Shown: positions 1 to 8,262, numbered from the stretch's first letter. The stretch is DNA of 27,995 bases from a virus (IMGVR_UViG_3300032006_000066:1-27995), one strand, 5' to 3'. The notes: generated by a model from the sequence alone, not told the origin. Program-made: numbers and translations.

Positions 1-1
1 T

Positions 2-247
2 CCTGAATCAGAACATCACGGACCAATATTTACAAAGATATATATGTATCTTTTAGCTTATTACCTTGATTATGATATTAGCTGGATGTGTAAAATTGCT
101 AATGAACACAATCTTCAATTTGCAAGTGAAGATAAATATCTCAATCAACAGTTTTTCAAGTTAATGGAAAAACAAAAAAAAGATTGGATAGAAAATGAAA
201 CATTAAGATTGCAAGGAAAGGAGGTGGCTTGTGAATATAAAAAATAA
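2..247 (+). CDS. 5'-truncated hypothetical protein, possibly the C-terminus of a SprT-like metalloprotease
   Basis: Frame is open from base 2 (PESEHHGPIFTKIY) into the listed 44..247 ORF. HG-x-x-F resembles the distal SprT-like motif. The HExxH part would lie outside the window. Confidence 0.55.
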   Translation, partial: PESEHHGPIFTKIYMYLLAYYLDYDISWMCKIANEHNLQFASEDKYLNQQFFKLMEKQKKDWIENETLRLQGKEVACEYKK

Positions 248-575
248 ACTGTTAAAAGAAGCAATAAAAGAAATCCAACAACATAATTTAAAAATTGGAG
301 CAGAAAAAGTTATTCAAGAAGCAATTGATTTTGGTATTGAAAAAGAAACACCAAAATTAAAAGATGATGAAATGCTTTCTGTAAAAATTAGTAAAATTCC
401 TGATGTTGGTTTCAGAGTGGATGTGTTAAGAGTTAAAAAGAAACTTACTAAATGTTGGCAATGTAAAGAATATACTGTCACTACATATAAAAATGAGTTT
501 GGTGGATACTCTGAAAGCTGTTCTAATAAATGCGGACCAAAAGGACTTGGCAGAATGTTAAATTTTGGTAGGTAG
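231..575 (+). CDS. Hypothetical protein with C-terminal Cys4 (zinc-ribbon-like) motif
   Basis: GTG start preceded by AAGGAGGT. Contains CWQC...CSNKC and overlaps the upstream stop. Confidence 0.7.
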   Translation: MNIKNKLLKEAIKEIQQHNLKIGAEKVIQEAIDFGIEKETPKLKDDEMLSVKISKIPDVGFRVDVLRVKKKLTKCWQCKEYTVTTYKNEFGGYSESCSNKCGPKGLGRMLNFGR

Positions 576-634
576 TCAAGTAAGGGAACACCTTAAAATC
601 TTAATGTCCGTTAAGCTATGTAAGAGTTTTGAGC

Positions 635-670
635 TATCCCCCTAGATGATTCGAAAGGACTAGGGGGATA
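635..670. other. Perfect 11-bp inverted repeat between convergent transcription units (terminator or sRNA hairpin)
   Basis: TATCCCCCTAG (635-645), 14-nt loop, CTAGGGGGATA (660-670). No clear U-tract on either side. Confidence 0.65.
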
Positions 671-716
671 ATGACTAAAAACAACGAGGTGTTTTTATGA
701 ACAAAAAACTATTTAA

Positions 717-745
717 TGTATATCATTTTATTTTATTTAAGACAA
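717..745 (-). promoter_or_regulatory. Putative sigma70-type promoter TTGTCT-N17-TATACA with extended TG
   Basis: Minus strand TTGTCT (745-740), 17-nt spacer ending TGA, TATACA (722-717). Same architecture recurs elsewhere in the window. Confidence 0.45.
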
Positions 746-1047
746 CCCCTAAAACATTTATTTATAATGGTTCTTAATTGAGGATTTGCCTTGAAAATCT
801 TTTCATACCCATCACCTACTGCCTGTGCAATAGGTTCTTCTCCCCTTTCATTGACATTAATATCCTGTTCAGCAATAATAATATGAAACAATTCGTGCAT
901 TATTGTATTAAATAATTTTGTTCCACTTTGTCTTTTATCTATTTTAAGGATATGAGTATTAGGGTCATATAAACCATAACAATCTTTTAAAAGAGTATAT
1001 TCTATTTTTATCTTTCTTCTGCCGTATTTGATGTGGGATAATTTCAT
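733..1047 (-). CDS. Small HExxH zinc-metallopeptidase-like protein
   Basis: CYGLYD strand followed by TIMHELFH and a downstream EE. Confidence 0.7.
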   Translation of the reverse strand: MKLSHIKYGRRKIKIEYTLLKDCYGLYDPNTHILKIDKRQSGTKLFNTIMHELFHIIIAEQDINVNERGEEPIAQAVGDGYEKIFKANPQLRTIINKCFRGCLK

Positions 1048-1292
1048 TACTTTTCATTTGATCTGATTTTGTCATAGACCATATCTAATAATCTATAAGC
1101 TAGTTTAAATGCCTCCCTAATGGTTAAAATTTTAGAAGATACTTCGCCCATTTCATCTCCTACTTGTATTAATATTTTTCCTGTGCTTTTGCTTTTTGCA
1201 ACGTGGACAAAAGGTTTACCATCTTTGATATTTTTATAATTTTCTCCATAGATGGTTTTTTTTAATTTTTCATAATCATCGTCAAATACCAT
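1047..1292 (-). CDS. Hypothetical protein
   Basis: 81-aa ORF overlapping both neighbours, consistent with translational coupling. Confidence 0.65.
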   Translation of the reverse strand: MVFDDDYEKLKKTIYGENYKNIKDGKPFVHVAKSKSTGKILIQVGDEMGEVSSKILTIREAFKLAYRLLDMVYDKIRSNEK

Positions 1293-2061
1293 AACTATTC
1301 TCCAAAGTTTTCATTGAAATGTTTTTAACTTCTTGAATGTGATTATCCCAAATACCTATTTCACAAACTTGATAAGTCCACCCTGTTAAACTGTGTCTTG
1401 CATAACTTTCTATATGTCCTTGTGGCATAGAACAACCAACATTAACCACTCTAGTAAAATCATTTTTCGTATCACTAATTTTAGATACTCTATTGTCTTG
1501 CGCCCTATGACTATGACCAAAAACAATATCTATTTTAGATTTATTAGCGACTTGTCTTTCACTAGCTTCACCACCATACTCTTTACCCATTGGATTTAAT
1601 GGTGCGTGAATAAAACCCACACCTCCAAGCATTAAATACGTTCCATAAGGAATTACTTCCCATTTGTATTTTTTACAAATACCAAAAAACTCTTTTTGCC
1701 CTAGACCATAAAAAGATGGATTTTTATCTTCATATCTCCATAATCTTCTTTCGTGATTACCAAGTGTAATATATTTTTTTATCTTTGACCCTTTTAAATG
1801 ATAATCAAATTCTTCCATTGCAGAATCCATTGATTCCATCTCTTTCATAAAGATTGGTTTCTCTATTTTAGCAGTAAAGGTATCATCTTTGATATAATGT
1901 GTGCAGGAATCTAATGTTATAAAATCCCCTATTTGAACAACGTAATCAGGTTTAGTTTTTTTTATATGTTTTGCAAACCATCCAAAACGTCTTTTATCAG
2001 GTATACTAGGACTGTCGTGTGTGTCGCCTATAACTAGAACCCTCAATACTTTGTGTTTCAT
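1282..2061 (-). CDS. Calcineurin-like metallophosphoesterase
   Basis: Complete motif set: GDTH, IGDF, GNHE, FIH, GHSH. Confidence 0.9.
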   Translation of the reverse strand: MKHKVLRVLVIGDTHDSPSIPDKRRFGWFAKHIKKTKPDYVVQIGDFITLDSCTHYIKDDTFTAKIEKPIFMKEMESMDSAMEEFDYHLKGSKIKKYITLGNHERRLWRYEDKNPSFYGLGQKEFFGICKKYKWEVIPYGTYLMLGGVGFIHAPLNPMGKEYGGEASERQVANKSKIDIVFGHSHRAQDNRVSKISDTKNDFTRVVNVGCSMPQGHIESYARHSLTGWTYQVCEIGIWDNHIQEVKNISMKTLENSYGI

Positions 2062-2070
2062 ATACCAAAG

Positions 2071-2099
2071 GTAGTATCACACAAAATCAGAAGTTGCAA
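2071..2099 (-). promoter_or_regulatory. Putative promoter TTGCAA-N17-TACTAC, probably giving a near-leaderless mRNA
   Basis: TTGCAA (2099-2094), 17-nt spacer ending TGA, TACTAC (2076-2071). ATG at 2061 is 10 nt downstream with no SD. Confidence 0.5.
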
Positions 2100-2100
2100 A

Positions 2101-2328
2101 TCAAGTACCAAGTTCTTTAGGTTTTGGAATTGGTTTACAGCTAAATTTTATAATGGTTTTATTTTGATTAATATATTGCTCTCCCATTACGTCCATAAGT
2201 TGTAAACCATCTATAAATCCCTGCCTCATACAATCGTGCCAATTATCAAAAGTCATATTGGTTTTGAATGGAGGGTCGCAAGTTTGTGATAATGCAGAGC
2301 ATATTATTAAAGTTAAAGCTATTTTCAT
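2101..2328 (-). CDS. Small exported/membrane-anchored Cys-containing protein
   Basis: Hydrophobic N-terminus MKIALTLIICSAL, four Cys. Confidence 0.7.
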   Translation of the reverse strand: MKIALTLIICSALSQTCDPPFKTNMTFDNWHDCMRQGFIDGLQLMDVMGEQYINQNKTIIKFSCKPIPKPKELGT

Positions 2329-2348
2329 TTTGTTCTCTCATATAATTT

Positions 2349-2849
2349 TTATTCATTTAATTGTGCTATGTGTTTAGCACCTAAACTATTTCCTTTCCAA
2401 TTTTTAGAAACGTGAGTAGGTTCTATATTATTTAACCATTTTTGAATAGATAAAAAAGAACCCCCTTTATCTGATGCTTGACCTCCGTGTAAATCTTCTG
2501 GTTTGACCCTTAAAGTCCAATTAAAACAACGAGGCATATCATTTTTTTCCAACATTGCCATTTTGTGACTTATGATAGTTTTACCTTTATGAGTAAAAGA
2601 CATACCCCATAAAAATACTTCATAACTGTCTATATCAGGATGTGAGTGTTCTGTTATTGTAGTATTTGGCTCACATATAAATAATTGGACTTGAAAAGGT
2701 TTGTTTCTGTATAAAGTAATACCTGCTATTCCATCAATAAACATTAATGGCTCTTTAAAAGGTGTTTGAATGATATTATTTTTCAAATACCAATTTTTAA
2801 ACTCTCTTAAATCAAGGTCTTGGATTATTATTTTTTTGTTGGTTTCCAT
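2349..2849 (-). CDS. Cupin-fold metalloprotein
   Basis: HSHPDIDSYE ... DLHGG matches the two cupin metal motifs. Start placed at ATG 2849 (METNKK) rather than 2891, and this is uncertain. Confidence 0.7.
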   Translation of the reverse strand: METNKKIIIQDLDLREFKNWYLKNNIIQTPFKEPLMFIDGIAGITLYRNKPFQVQLFICEPNTTITEHSHPDIDSYEVFLWGMSFTHKGKTIISHKMAMLEKNDMPRCFNWTLRVKPEDLHGGQASDKGGSFLSIQKWLNNIEPTHVSKNWKGNSLGAKHIAQLNE

Positions 2850-3219
2850 TTCTAAATATTTGCGTTCCTTTAATACCAAAAATAGAAGCAACTACTAAAA
2901 TCCATAAATTTGTAAACCATTTTGGAAGATTAGCAAAATGGTCAAAAAATAAATTGACCTTTGCCATTGCTTCAGGTGAGTCGCTAAAAACTGCCCAAGC
3001 TAATACAAGGATTGGAATTGAAAGCAGTATAAGGACAAATTCGTCTTTATAGTCATTTTGACGAGCTTCTAATAGCTTACCTTGATATTCAGTTTCCCCA
3101 CGAGCCATTTTTTCTGCCGTTAGTAGTGCTGCCTGTGACATAGCTTCCTTTTGTCTTTGTTTATTTGCATAAACTTTGGCTCCAGTTTTCATAGCCATAC
3201 CTAAAAGATTAAACCACAT
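2812..3219 (-). CDS. Putative holin
   Basis: Directly downstream of the endolysin. Amphipathic N-terminus plus two hydrophobic segments (FVLILLSIPILVLAWAVF, LWILVVASIFGI) and a polar/basic tail. Confidence 0.7.
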   Translation of the reverse strand: MWFNLLGMAMKTGAKVYANKQRQKEAMSQAALLTAEKMARGETEYQGKLLEARQNDYKDEFVLILLSIPILVLAWAVFSDSPEAMAKVNLFFDHFANLPKWFTNLWILVVASIFGIKGTQIFRNGNQQKNNNPRP

Positions 3220-3716
3220 TATTCTATTACCTCATTTCCCATTTTATCATATCCATATTTAATTTCAGGTAGTCCATTTTCATATGAACCCCCATCAAAA
3301 GTTAAAACTTGTTTTCTGTTTTGACCTTTTTCATTGTACGAAACGTGTACCCATCCTGCATTTTTTTCTGCAGGTTTATAAAATTCAAGAATTAATTGGT
3401 CAAAATCACAGTTATCTTTGACCCAATGAGCCACTTTCAAATTGTGAATACCTATTATTTCAAAGTCTACTGCCTGACCTTTTGTATGTTGAGAAGAATC
3501 ACTTGAACCCAGTTTACGATTAACTGCTAATGACCTATAGCCACTATTAATCATAATTGGTTTACCAAATTTAGCTCTAACTGGCTCTAATATCTCATAA
3601 CAGATATTCTCTAAATTTTTAACTTCTCCAGAGCCAGGAATATTTTTTAAGTTATTCCTTGCCGCAATTTGGCTTCTTGTAAATTCTTCTAACTTAAAGT
3701 GTTTTGATAATTGCAT
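3219..3716 (-). CDS. Endolysin, peptidase M15 family (Zn D-Ala-D-Ala peptidase fold)
   Basis: LSKHFKLEEF, INSGYRS, SQHTKGQAVD and WVHVS motifs. SD AGGAGG upstream. Confidence 0.9.
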   Translation of the reverse strand: MQLSKHFKLEEFTRSQIAARNNLKNIPGSGEVKNLENICYEILEPVRAKFGKPIMINSGYRSLAVNRKLGSSDSSQHTKGQAVDFEIIGIHNLKVAHWVKDNCDFDQLILEFYKPAEKNAGWVHVSYNEKGQNRKQVLTFDGGSYENGLPEIKYGYDKMGNEVIE

Positions 3717-3773
3717 ATAAAAACCCTCCTGTTGTATTTATATCATTTTTCATAAAAAAAGAACATATCATAT

Positions 3774-3908
3774 TTATCGGCCTTGACCACGATATTTTGA
3801 TTTATTTGGTACTCTTTTTGATACTGATTTTGCGTGTCTGCCGGGTCTTTTCTTCCTTGTTCTTCTTATATATGTATTTACCCCAAAAAGAGGTTTTTTC
3901 TTTCCCAT
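3774..3908 (-). CDS. Unannotated 44-aa Lys/Arg-rich microprotein ending YRGQGR
   Basis: Hand translation: MGKKKPLFGVNTYIRRTRKKRPGRHAKSVSKRVPNKSKYRGQGR*. CAGGAG lies 6 nt before the ATG, and it is co-oriented with the operon. Confidence 0.8.
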   Translation of the reverse strand: MGKKKPLFGVNTYIRRTRKKRPGRHAKSVSKRVPNKSKYRGQGR

Positions 3909-3931
3909 TTTAAGCTCCTGTAATGATGGTT

Positions 3932-4018
3932 GATTTAGGGGTATACCCAAGTACCTATTTAGTCTAAATCTTTGTCTCCGTAGCCCTCTGGGGCTTCAGA
4001 ATAGGTCTTTTTGGGTGT
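3932..4018. other. Structured intergenic element (crossing helices, hairpin, 10-bp palindrome)
   Basis: GATTTAG/CTAAATC, ATACCCAAG/TTTGGGTGT, ACCTATT/AATAGGT, AGCCC-tctg-GGGCT, palindrome GGGTATACCC. Confidence 0.5.
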
Positions 4019-4019
4019 T

Positions 4020-4424
4020 TTATAGTATTTTCTCTAAATATAGGATTAAATCAATTGCTTCTTCTTGTGCCTCTTTTACCCACTCTTTAGTAGGTCTTTT
4101 ATTATCTGCCATAGTTTTACCAAACTTCTGCATACCCTCTTTGTGTCTAGCAATATGACGTTTAATAATACGATTAACGATGGGATCAGTTGTTACTTCT
4201 CCGTTGACAGCTTTGCGTAATTTATCTTGAATAAATTTAACTAGCTTATTTAATCTTTCTATTTCTTCTTCTGCTTTTAATATTTGTTCATTTTTTAATA
4301 ATAGTAATTTAATTAATTCCTTTTTATCTTTTTCTTCATATATATTTTTCATTGCTCTAACAAGAGAAACAGGATTATTATCAATAGGTTTACAGTCCAT
4401 ATATTTCCACCATTGTTTAATCAT
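4020..4424 (-). CDS. Coiled-coil protein with C-terminal MazG-like (all-alpha NTP pyrophosphatase-like) domain
   Basis: GMQKFG...W...AQEEAIDLILYLEK carries an EExxD acidic helix motif. Confidence 0.6.
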   Translation of the reverse strand: MIKQWWKYMDCKPIDNNPVSLVRAMKNIYEEKDKKELIKLLLLKNEQILKAEEEIERLNKLVKFIQDKLRKAVNGEVTTDPIVNRIIKRHIARHKEGMQKFGKTMADNKRPTKEWVKEAQEEAIDLILYLEKIL

Positions 4425-5184
4425 CTTTTTTTATTTTTTTTAAGATAGGAGGTCTTTCATAGGTCTTTAACCCTATATGTTTCAATTGGGAGGTCAAATC
4501 AGTCCAAATTTCTCCTCCACATTGTTTCCATAGTTGGCAAAAATAAAAATCTTCACTTAAATATCTTTGTGTTTTGTTTTTATCTTCTAAAATTCCATTA
4601 CCCTGTATCCCACAATCAAAAAAAGCATATTCAATATTGCCAGTTGGATTAGCCATTTTACCATCAACTTTAGCAACAACATCTGATTTATATTTAATAC
4701 TAGGATATTTTTCTTTTATTGTTTCAAATACTGATCTTTTAATACACATAAAACCAGTTCCAGCATAATCACATTGTTTAAACCCTTTTTCATTTTCCAT
4801 ATAATCTATAGTTCCTATTGGAAAATTTACACACCAACCTAGACTAGCATCTCCTTTCTCAATTGCAGATTCTTTTTTTATTGGATAAGGTGCTGACACT
4901 ATATCTTTATCAAATAAAACAACTCTTATAAAATCTTCAGGAGTAAAAACTACATCTGCATCTACAAAAAATAAATGAGTAAATTGTTCTTGTTTTAAAA
5001 ATTCAGTTACTAATTTATTTCTTGCTCTAGTTACTAGACTGTCCCTTAACCATACCATACCTATATAGATTTTACTTCTTACTAATATATCTCTTGCTGC
5101 AATAATTGATGATATGGTTTCTAAATGGATTTTTTGATCAAAACTTGGAATACAAATCAAAATTTCTTTTCTAGTTTTGTCCAT
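4417..5184 (-). CDS. GT-A fold glycosyltransferase
   Basis: ARNKLV, HLFFVDADV (DxD), GTGFMCIKRSVFE, SEDFYFC and KHIG motifs. Confidence 0.88.
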   Translation of the reverse strand: MDKTRKEILICIPSFDQKIHLETISSIIAARDILVRSKIYIGMVWLRDSLVTRARNKLVTEFLKQEQFTHLFFVDADVVFTPEDFIRVVLFDKDIVSAPYPIKKESAIEKGDASLGWCVNFPIGTIDYMENEKGFKQCDYAGTGFMCIKRSVFETIKEKYPSIKYKSDVVAKVDGKMANPTGNIEYAFFDCGIQGNGILEDKNKTQRYLSEDFYFCQLWKQCGGEIWTDLTSQLKHIGLKTYERPPILKKIKKDD

Positions 5185-5191
5185 TTTTAAA

Positions 5192-5229
5192 GCAAGGTGG
5201 AAAGGTGGTGTGGAGTATTTCCACCCTGC
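5192..5229 (-). promoter_or_regulatory. 12-bp hairpin with C-rich loop immediately upstream of the glycosyltransferase
   Basis: Minus strand GCAGGGTGGAAA-TACTCCACACCACC-TTTCCACCTTGC. One G-U pair favours the minus strand. Followed by TTTAAAAATG. Confidence 0.6.
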
Positions 5230-5242
5230 AACCTATTGTATA

Positions 5243-5893
5243 TCACTTTTTAAACCAAGATGGAAGTCCTAAATGCTGTCTTGTATCAAATTTATTTTTA
5301 TCTGCTTCTTTAGAAATCTTGTTATAATGTAAGAATACTTGGATACAATCTTCCCCTTGAAATGCTTCTCTCCAATGTTCTAATTCACAACCTGAATAAA
5401 TTAGCATATCTCCAGCTTTTAAATCTACTTTAATACCTTTAGCTTTACTTTCTACGGTTATTTTTTTACCATCAGGAATACCAACATTTTCATTTGGGCT
5501 TAAATATATCGGCCATTTATCTCCACCAAGATTTAAAGTAGTAGATATTTCACAGCTAAATCTATCTTTATGTCTTTTTAAAATATCTCCTTTTTTATAA
5601 ATTCTTGCATAAGAATATGTTGGAGTTAATTTTAATCCAGTATGTTTCTCCATAGCTGGTTGAACCCAAGTTAAAAGAGTTTCCATAGCTATATCTGCAT
5701 AATGAGAATAAGTATTAGGAACTTGTTGGTCATTCCACACTCCCCATTCTTCTGTATATTGAGAAATATATCTTTCATCAAAAAGTTTTCTAGTTACTTT
5801 TCTTTTTAATAAAAAATATTGTGTAACAAATTTTGCTAATTGTGGACTAATAGCTTTTTTTAATACAGTATATTTATTTTTTTGGAAGCTCAT
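5243..5893 (-). CDS. 2OG-Fe(II) oxygenase
   Basis: YARIY...RHKDR (HxD), GDMLIYSG, EHWRE (distal His), QVFLHY. Confidence 0.85.
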   Translation of the reverse strand: MSFQKNKYTVLKKAISPQLAKFVTQYFLLKRKVTRKLFDERYISQYTEEWGVWNDQQVPNTYSHYADIAMETLLTWVQPAMEKHTGLKLTPTYSYARIYKKGDILKRHKDRFSCEISTTLNLGGDKWPIYLSPNENVGIPDGKKITVESKAKGIKVDLKAGDMLIYSGCELEHWREAFQGEDCIQVFLHYNKISKEADKNKFDTRQHLGLPSWFKK

Positions 5894-6590
5894 CTTGTTT
5901 TTGCATTGATTTTTCTTTTGATATAGAAGATGATACTGCTTGTATGTTCCAATGTATAAATCTAAAAGGATCTAATCCTAAATCTACTGGATATTGATGA
6001 GGTGTGTATCCAGGAATTAAAATCATTGTTCCAGGTTTCACTTTATAATGTACTGTACCACTTGCAAATGTAACTTTAGTGGGGTCTTTTTCTGGAAGTT
6101 TAGTCATAACAGCTCCTGGTCTTGGGTCGTGCAAAACTGGTACTGATGTTCTTTCAGAACATTTTAAAAAATAAAATCCTGAAACGTGTTGATTCCAATG
6201 AACGTGTGTGTCGTGATGACCACCACCTTTTTTACTAAATTCTTGAACCCAACATTCAGTAAAATGTAAACTATGATTACTTATATTAAAACCACACCAA
6301 TCTAAAAATTCATAACTTCTTGCACCAATAAAATCTACAAACTCTTTTGCTTTAGGGTCATTATTAAAAGATTCACTATGATTAGATAAAGCAAAATCAT
6401 CTACTTTATGTTTAAATATTTTATTTCTTTCTTTATTACTTTTGTTCATAATTTTCTTTTGAGTATGTTTTAAATACCCATCAGTTAATTTTAACATTTG
6501 TTTAAGAAAGACTGGTGCATCTGCATTCCAAATAGGTGTTCCAAAATACTGTGAACTATTAAATTGAATATTATTATTTGTGCCCTGCAT
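5874..6590 (-). CDS. 2OG-Fe(II) oxygenase-like protein, TIGR02466-type
   Basis: F/YFGTPIW start, W-x-Q...HDTHVH (HxH), SGFYFL, DPRP, LIPGYTPH, RFIHWNI. Confidence 0.85.
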   Translation of the reverse strand: MQGTNNNIQFNSSQYFGTPIWNADAPVFLKQMLKLTDGYLKHTQKKIMNKSNKERNKIFKHKVDDFALSNHSESFNNDPKAKEFVDFIGARSYEFLDWCGFNISNHSLHFTECWVQEFSKKGGGHHDTHVHWNQHVSGFYFLKCSERTSVPVLHDPRPGAVMTKLPEKDPTKVTFASGTVHYKVKPGTMILIPGYTPHQYPVDLGLDPFRFIHWNIQAVSSSISKEKSMQKQDELPKK

Positions 6591-6591
6591 A

Positions 6592-7236
6592 TTATTGAAA
6601 TGGATAACCTAGATTCCAAACTACTAGACTATGCCTAATTCCTTTCGTTACTGGTTTAACTCTATGCCATACAAAACTAGGAAATACAACAAGAGAACCC
6701 TTTGGTAATATTTCAGTACAAGTTCTTATATCTCTTGGTTTATCAGGGTCTTGTTGTCTAAAATCAAACTGTAATTCGCCACCTTTGTATTCTTTTGGAT
6801 CGGTTAAAGAAACTGTTACTGATAATTTTCTTATTTTACCTTTAGTTGGACCATCAACTGCATAAGGTTTATCCCAGCTATCACAATGCCAATCATAATA
6901 TTGTCCTTTTTTATAAATAGTAAATTGGCAACTTTCTGAATAATCCCAATTAAAATTCCAACCAGCATTTTTATTTGCTTGATGAACATAAGGTTGAATT
7001 TCTCTATATACCCACCTATCATTAAACCAAACTATATTTGAATCTCTCTTTTTTTTTAAATCTTTTATTTCATCTTTAGTTAATGGTGCTTTATTTAAAT
7101 CTCTATCTCTACCCAAACCACCTGTAATAGCCGTTACTTCATTTTTTTTTTGTTCTTTTCCATATCTAACAATCATATCACATATTCTAGGTGGTATTGC
7201 AGATTGCCAATAATAAAAATAATTAGTTAGATTCAT
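6592..7236 (-). CDS. 2OG-Fe(II) oxygenase, prolyl-4-hydroxylase/PKHD-type
   Basis: YDWHCD (HxD), RKLSVTVSL, YKGGEL, FPSFVWHRVKPVTKGIRHSLV (distal His and 2OG-binding Arg). Confidence 0.92.
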   Translation of the reverse strand: MNLTNYFYYWQSAIPPRICDMIVRYGKEQKKNEVTAITGGLGRDRDLNKAPLTKDEIKDLKKKRDSNIVWFNDRWVYREIQPYVHQANKNAGWNFNWDYSESCQFTIYKKGQYYDWHCDSWDKPYAVDGPTKGKIRKLSVTVSLTDPKEYKGGELQFDFRQQDPDKPRDIRTCTEILPKGSLVVFPSFVWHRVKPVTKGIRHSLVVWNLGYPFQ

Positions 7237-7238
7237 TA

Positions 7239-7790
7239 TTAAATATATTCATAGGTTGAAGTTAATAAAGTTATTACTTCTTTAGAAGTATTTTTTGAAA
7301 TAAAATAATTTTGTGTACTTGGAAACATTACAAATTTATTATCTTTCATTGGTATATGCCAAGTTCTACCTGCTCTTCTATTATCGTTATAATGACATAC
7401 AACTTGACAACTATCTTTAGGAACATCAACTCCATATATTAATGTATAATCTGGAGAGTTTCTTAAATCAACTGGGTCAACATTATTCCTTGTATAAGTC
7501 ATTTCATAAGGTTCTAATACAATTCCCCATTGATTTTTTAATACTAATGTTTGTCCATAATGTAATCTAAAGTGATCTCTCATATAATCCCCCAACCATT
7601 GTAAAGGTTGAGAAAAATCTACTTTAAAATCTCTATTGGTTAAATCTTTTGGATTATTACTTAATGTTTGATGAGATACATAATTTTGAATAATAGAATT
7701 TTTTATTTTTTTTCTATCTATTTCAAAACCTTTTGGGCAGTCTATTGTTCCGTGATATAAAGAAATTTTTGAGAGTTCCACCAACTCCAT
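7239..7790 (-). CDS. Degenerate 2OG-Fe(II) oxygenase-fold protein (metal ligands apparently missing)
   Basis: WGIVL, YTLIYGV and FVMFPS...ISKN pattern parallels the TIGR02466-type neighbour, but without HxH/HxD or distal His. Confidence 0.6.
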   Translation of the reverse strand: MELVELSKISLYHGTIDCPKGFEIDRKKIKNSIIQNYVSHQTLSNNPKDLTNRDFKVDFSQPLQWLGDYMRDHFRLHYGQTLVLKNQWGIVLEPYEMTYTRNNVDPVDLRNSPDYTLIYGVDVPKDSCQVVCHYNDNRRAGRTWHIPMKDNKFVMFPSTQNYFISKNTSKEVITLLTSTYEYI

Positions 7791-7793
7791 AAA

Positions 7794-8213
7794 TTATCTT
7801 TCTTTCTTATCCCAAGTTTGACCAGCTTCATTCCATTCGTAATAATGGGTATTTACTTCTGCTCCTAAATCAGGTGCGTCACCGATTGGCGATTGCCACC
7901 TTGCTTCTGAAGTATTTAAAGTCCAACTTGCGTAAGGTTTTTTAGGAATAAAAATATCGTTATCTTCATCATAAGACATACCTATTCCAGCATAATTTCC
8001 TCTTAATGCTTTAGAGTTATCTCCTGATTTATGAGTGTTGCCTGCTGTATTGTAAGATGTTTTTTTCCATAGCGGCCAGTTATGTATTCTTTCTAAAAAC
8101 TGTCTACCTACTTCTTCATCTTCAATATTATCAGCATTCTTACAATCCTTATCTGCTACAACGTGGACTGCAATAACTTTATTGTTTGCTCCTAATTTTG
8201 CATAATGTGCCAT
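7794..8213 (-). CDS. Fibre-associated protein (putative chaperone or cap of the Gly-rich fibres)
   Basis: MAHYAKL...WKKTSYN...RGNYAGIG..YD...FIP..PYASW type I recognise as commonly following Gly-rich phage proteins. Strong SD AAGGAGG. Confidence 0.7.
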   Translation of the reverse strand: MAHYAKLGANNKVIAVHVVADKDCKNADNIEDEEVGRQFLERIHNWPLWKKTSYNTAGNTHKSGDNSKALRGNYAGIGMSYDEDNDIFIPKKPYASWTLNTSEARWQSPIGDAPDLGAEVNTHYYEWNEAGQTWDKKER

Positions 8214-8262
8214 AATGTTTTCCTCCTTATCAAATTATTAATTAAAAATCAATTCATTTTTT

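Noticed and set aside
3932-4018. Hammerhead or HDV-like ribozyme
   Set aside because: Minus strand has CUGAAG after a stem but no CUGAnGA/GAAA core. Plus strand topology loosely recalls HDV but lacks P3/L3.
4417-7236. TET/JBP plus glycosyltransferase DNA hypermodification pathway
   Set aside because: Oxygenase motifs fit P4H and TIGR02466 types, the locus is in the late structural unit, and no DNA methylase or replication genes are nearby. Disfavoured, not excluded.
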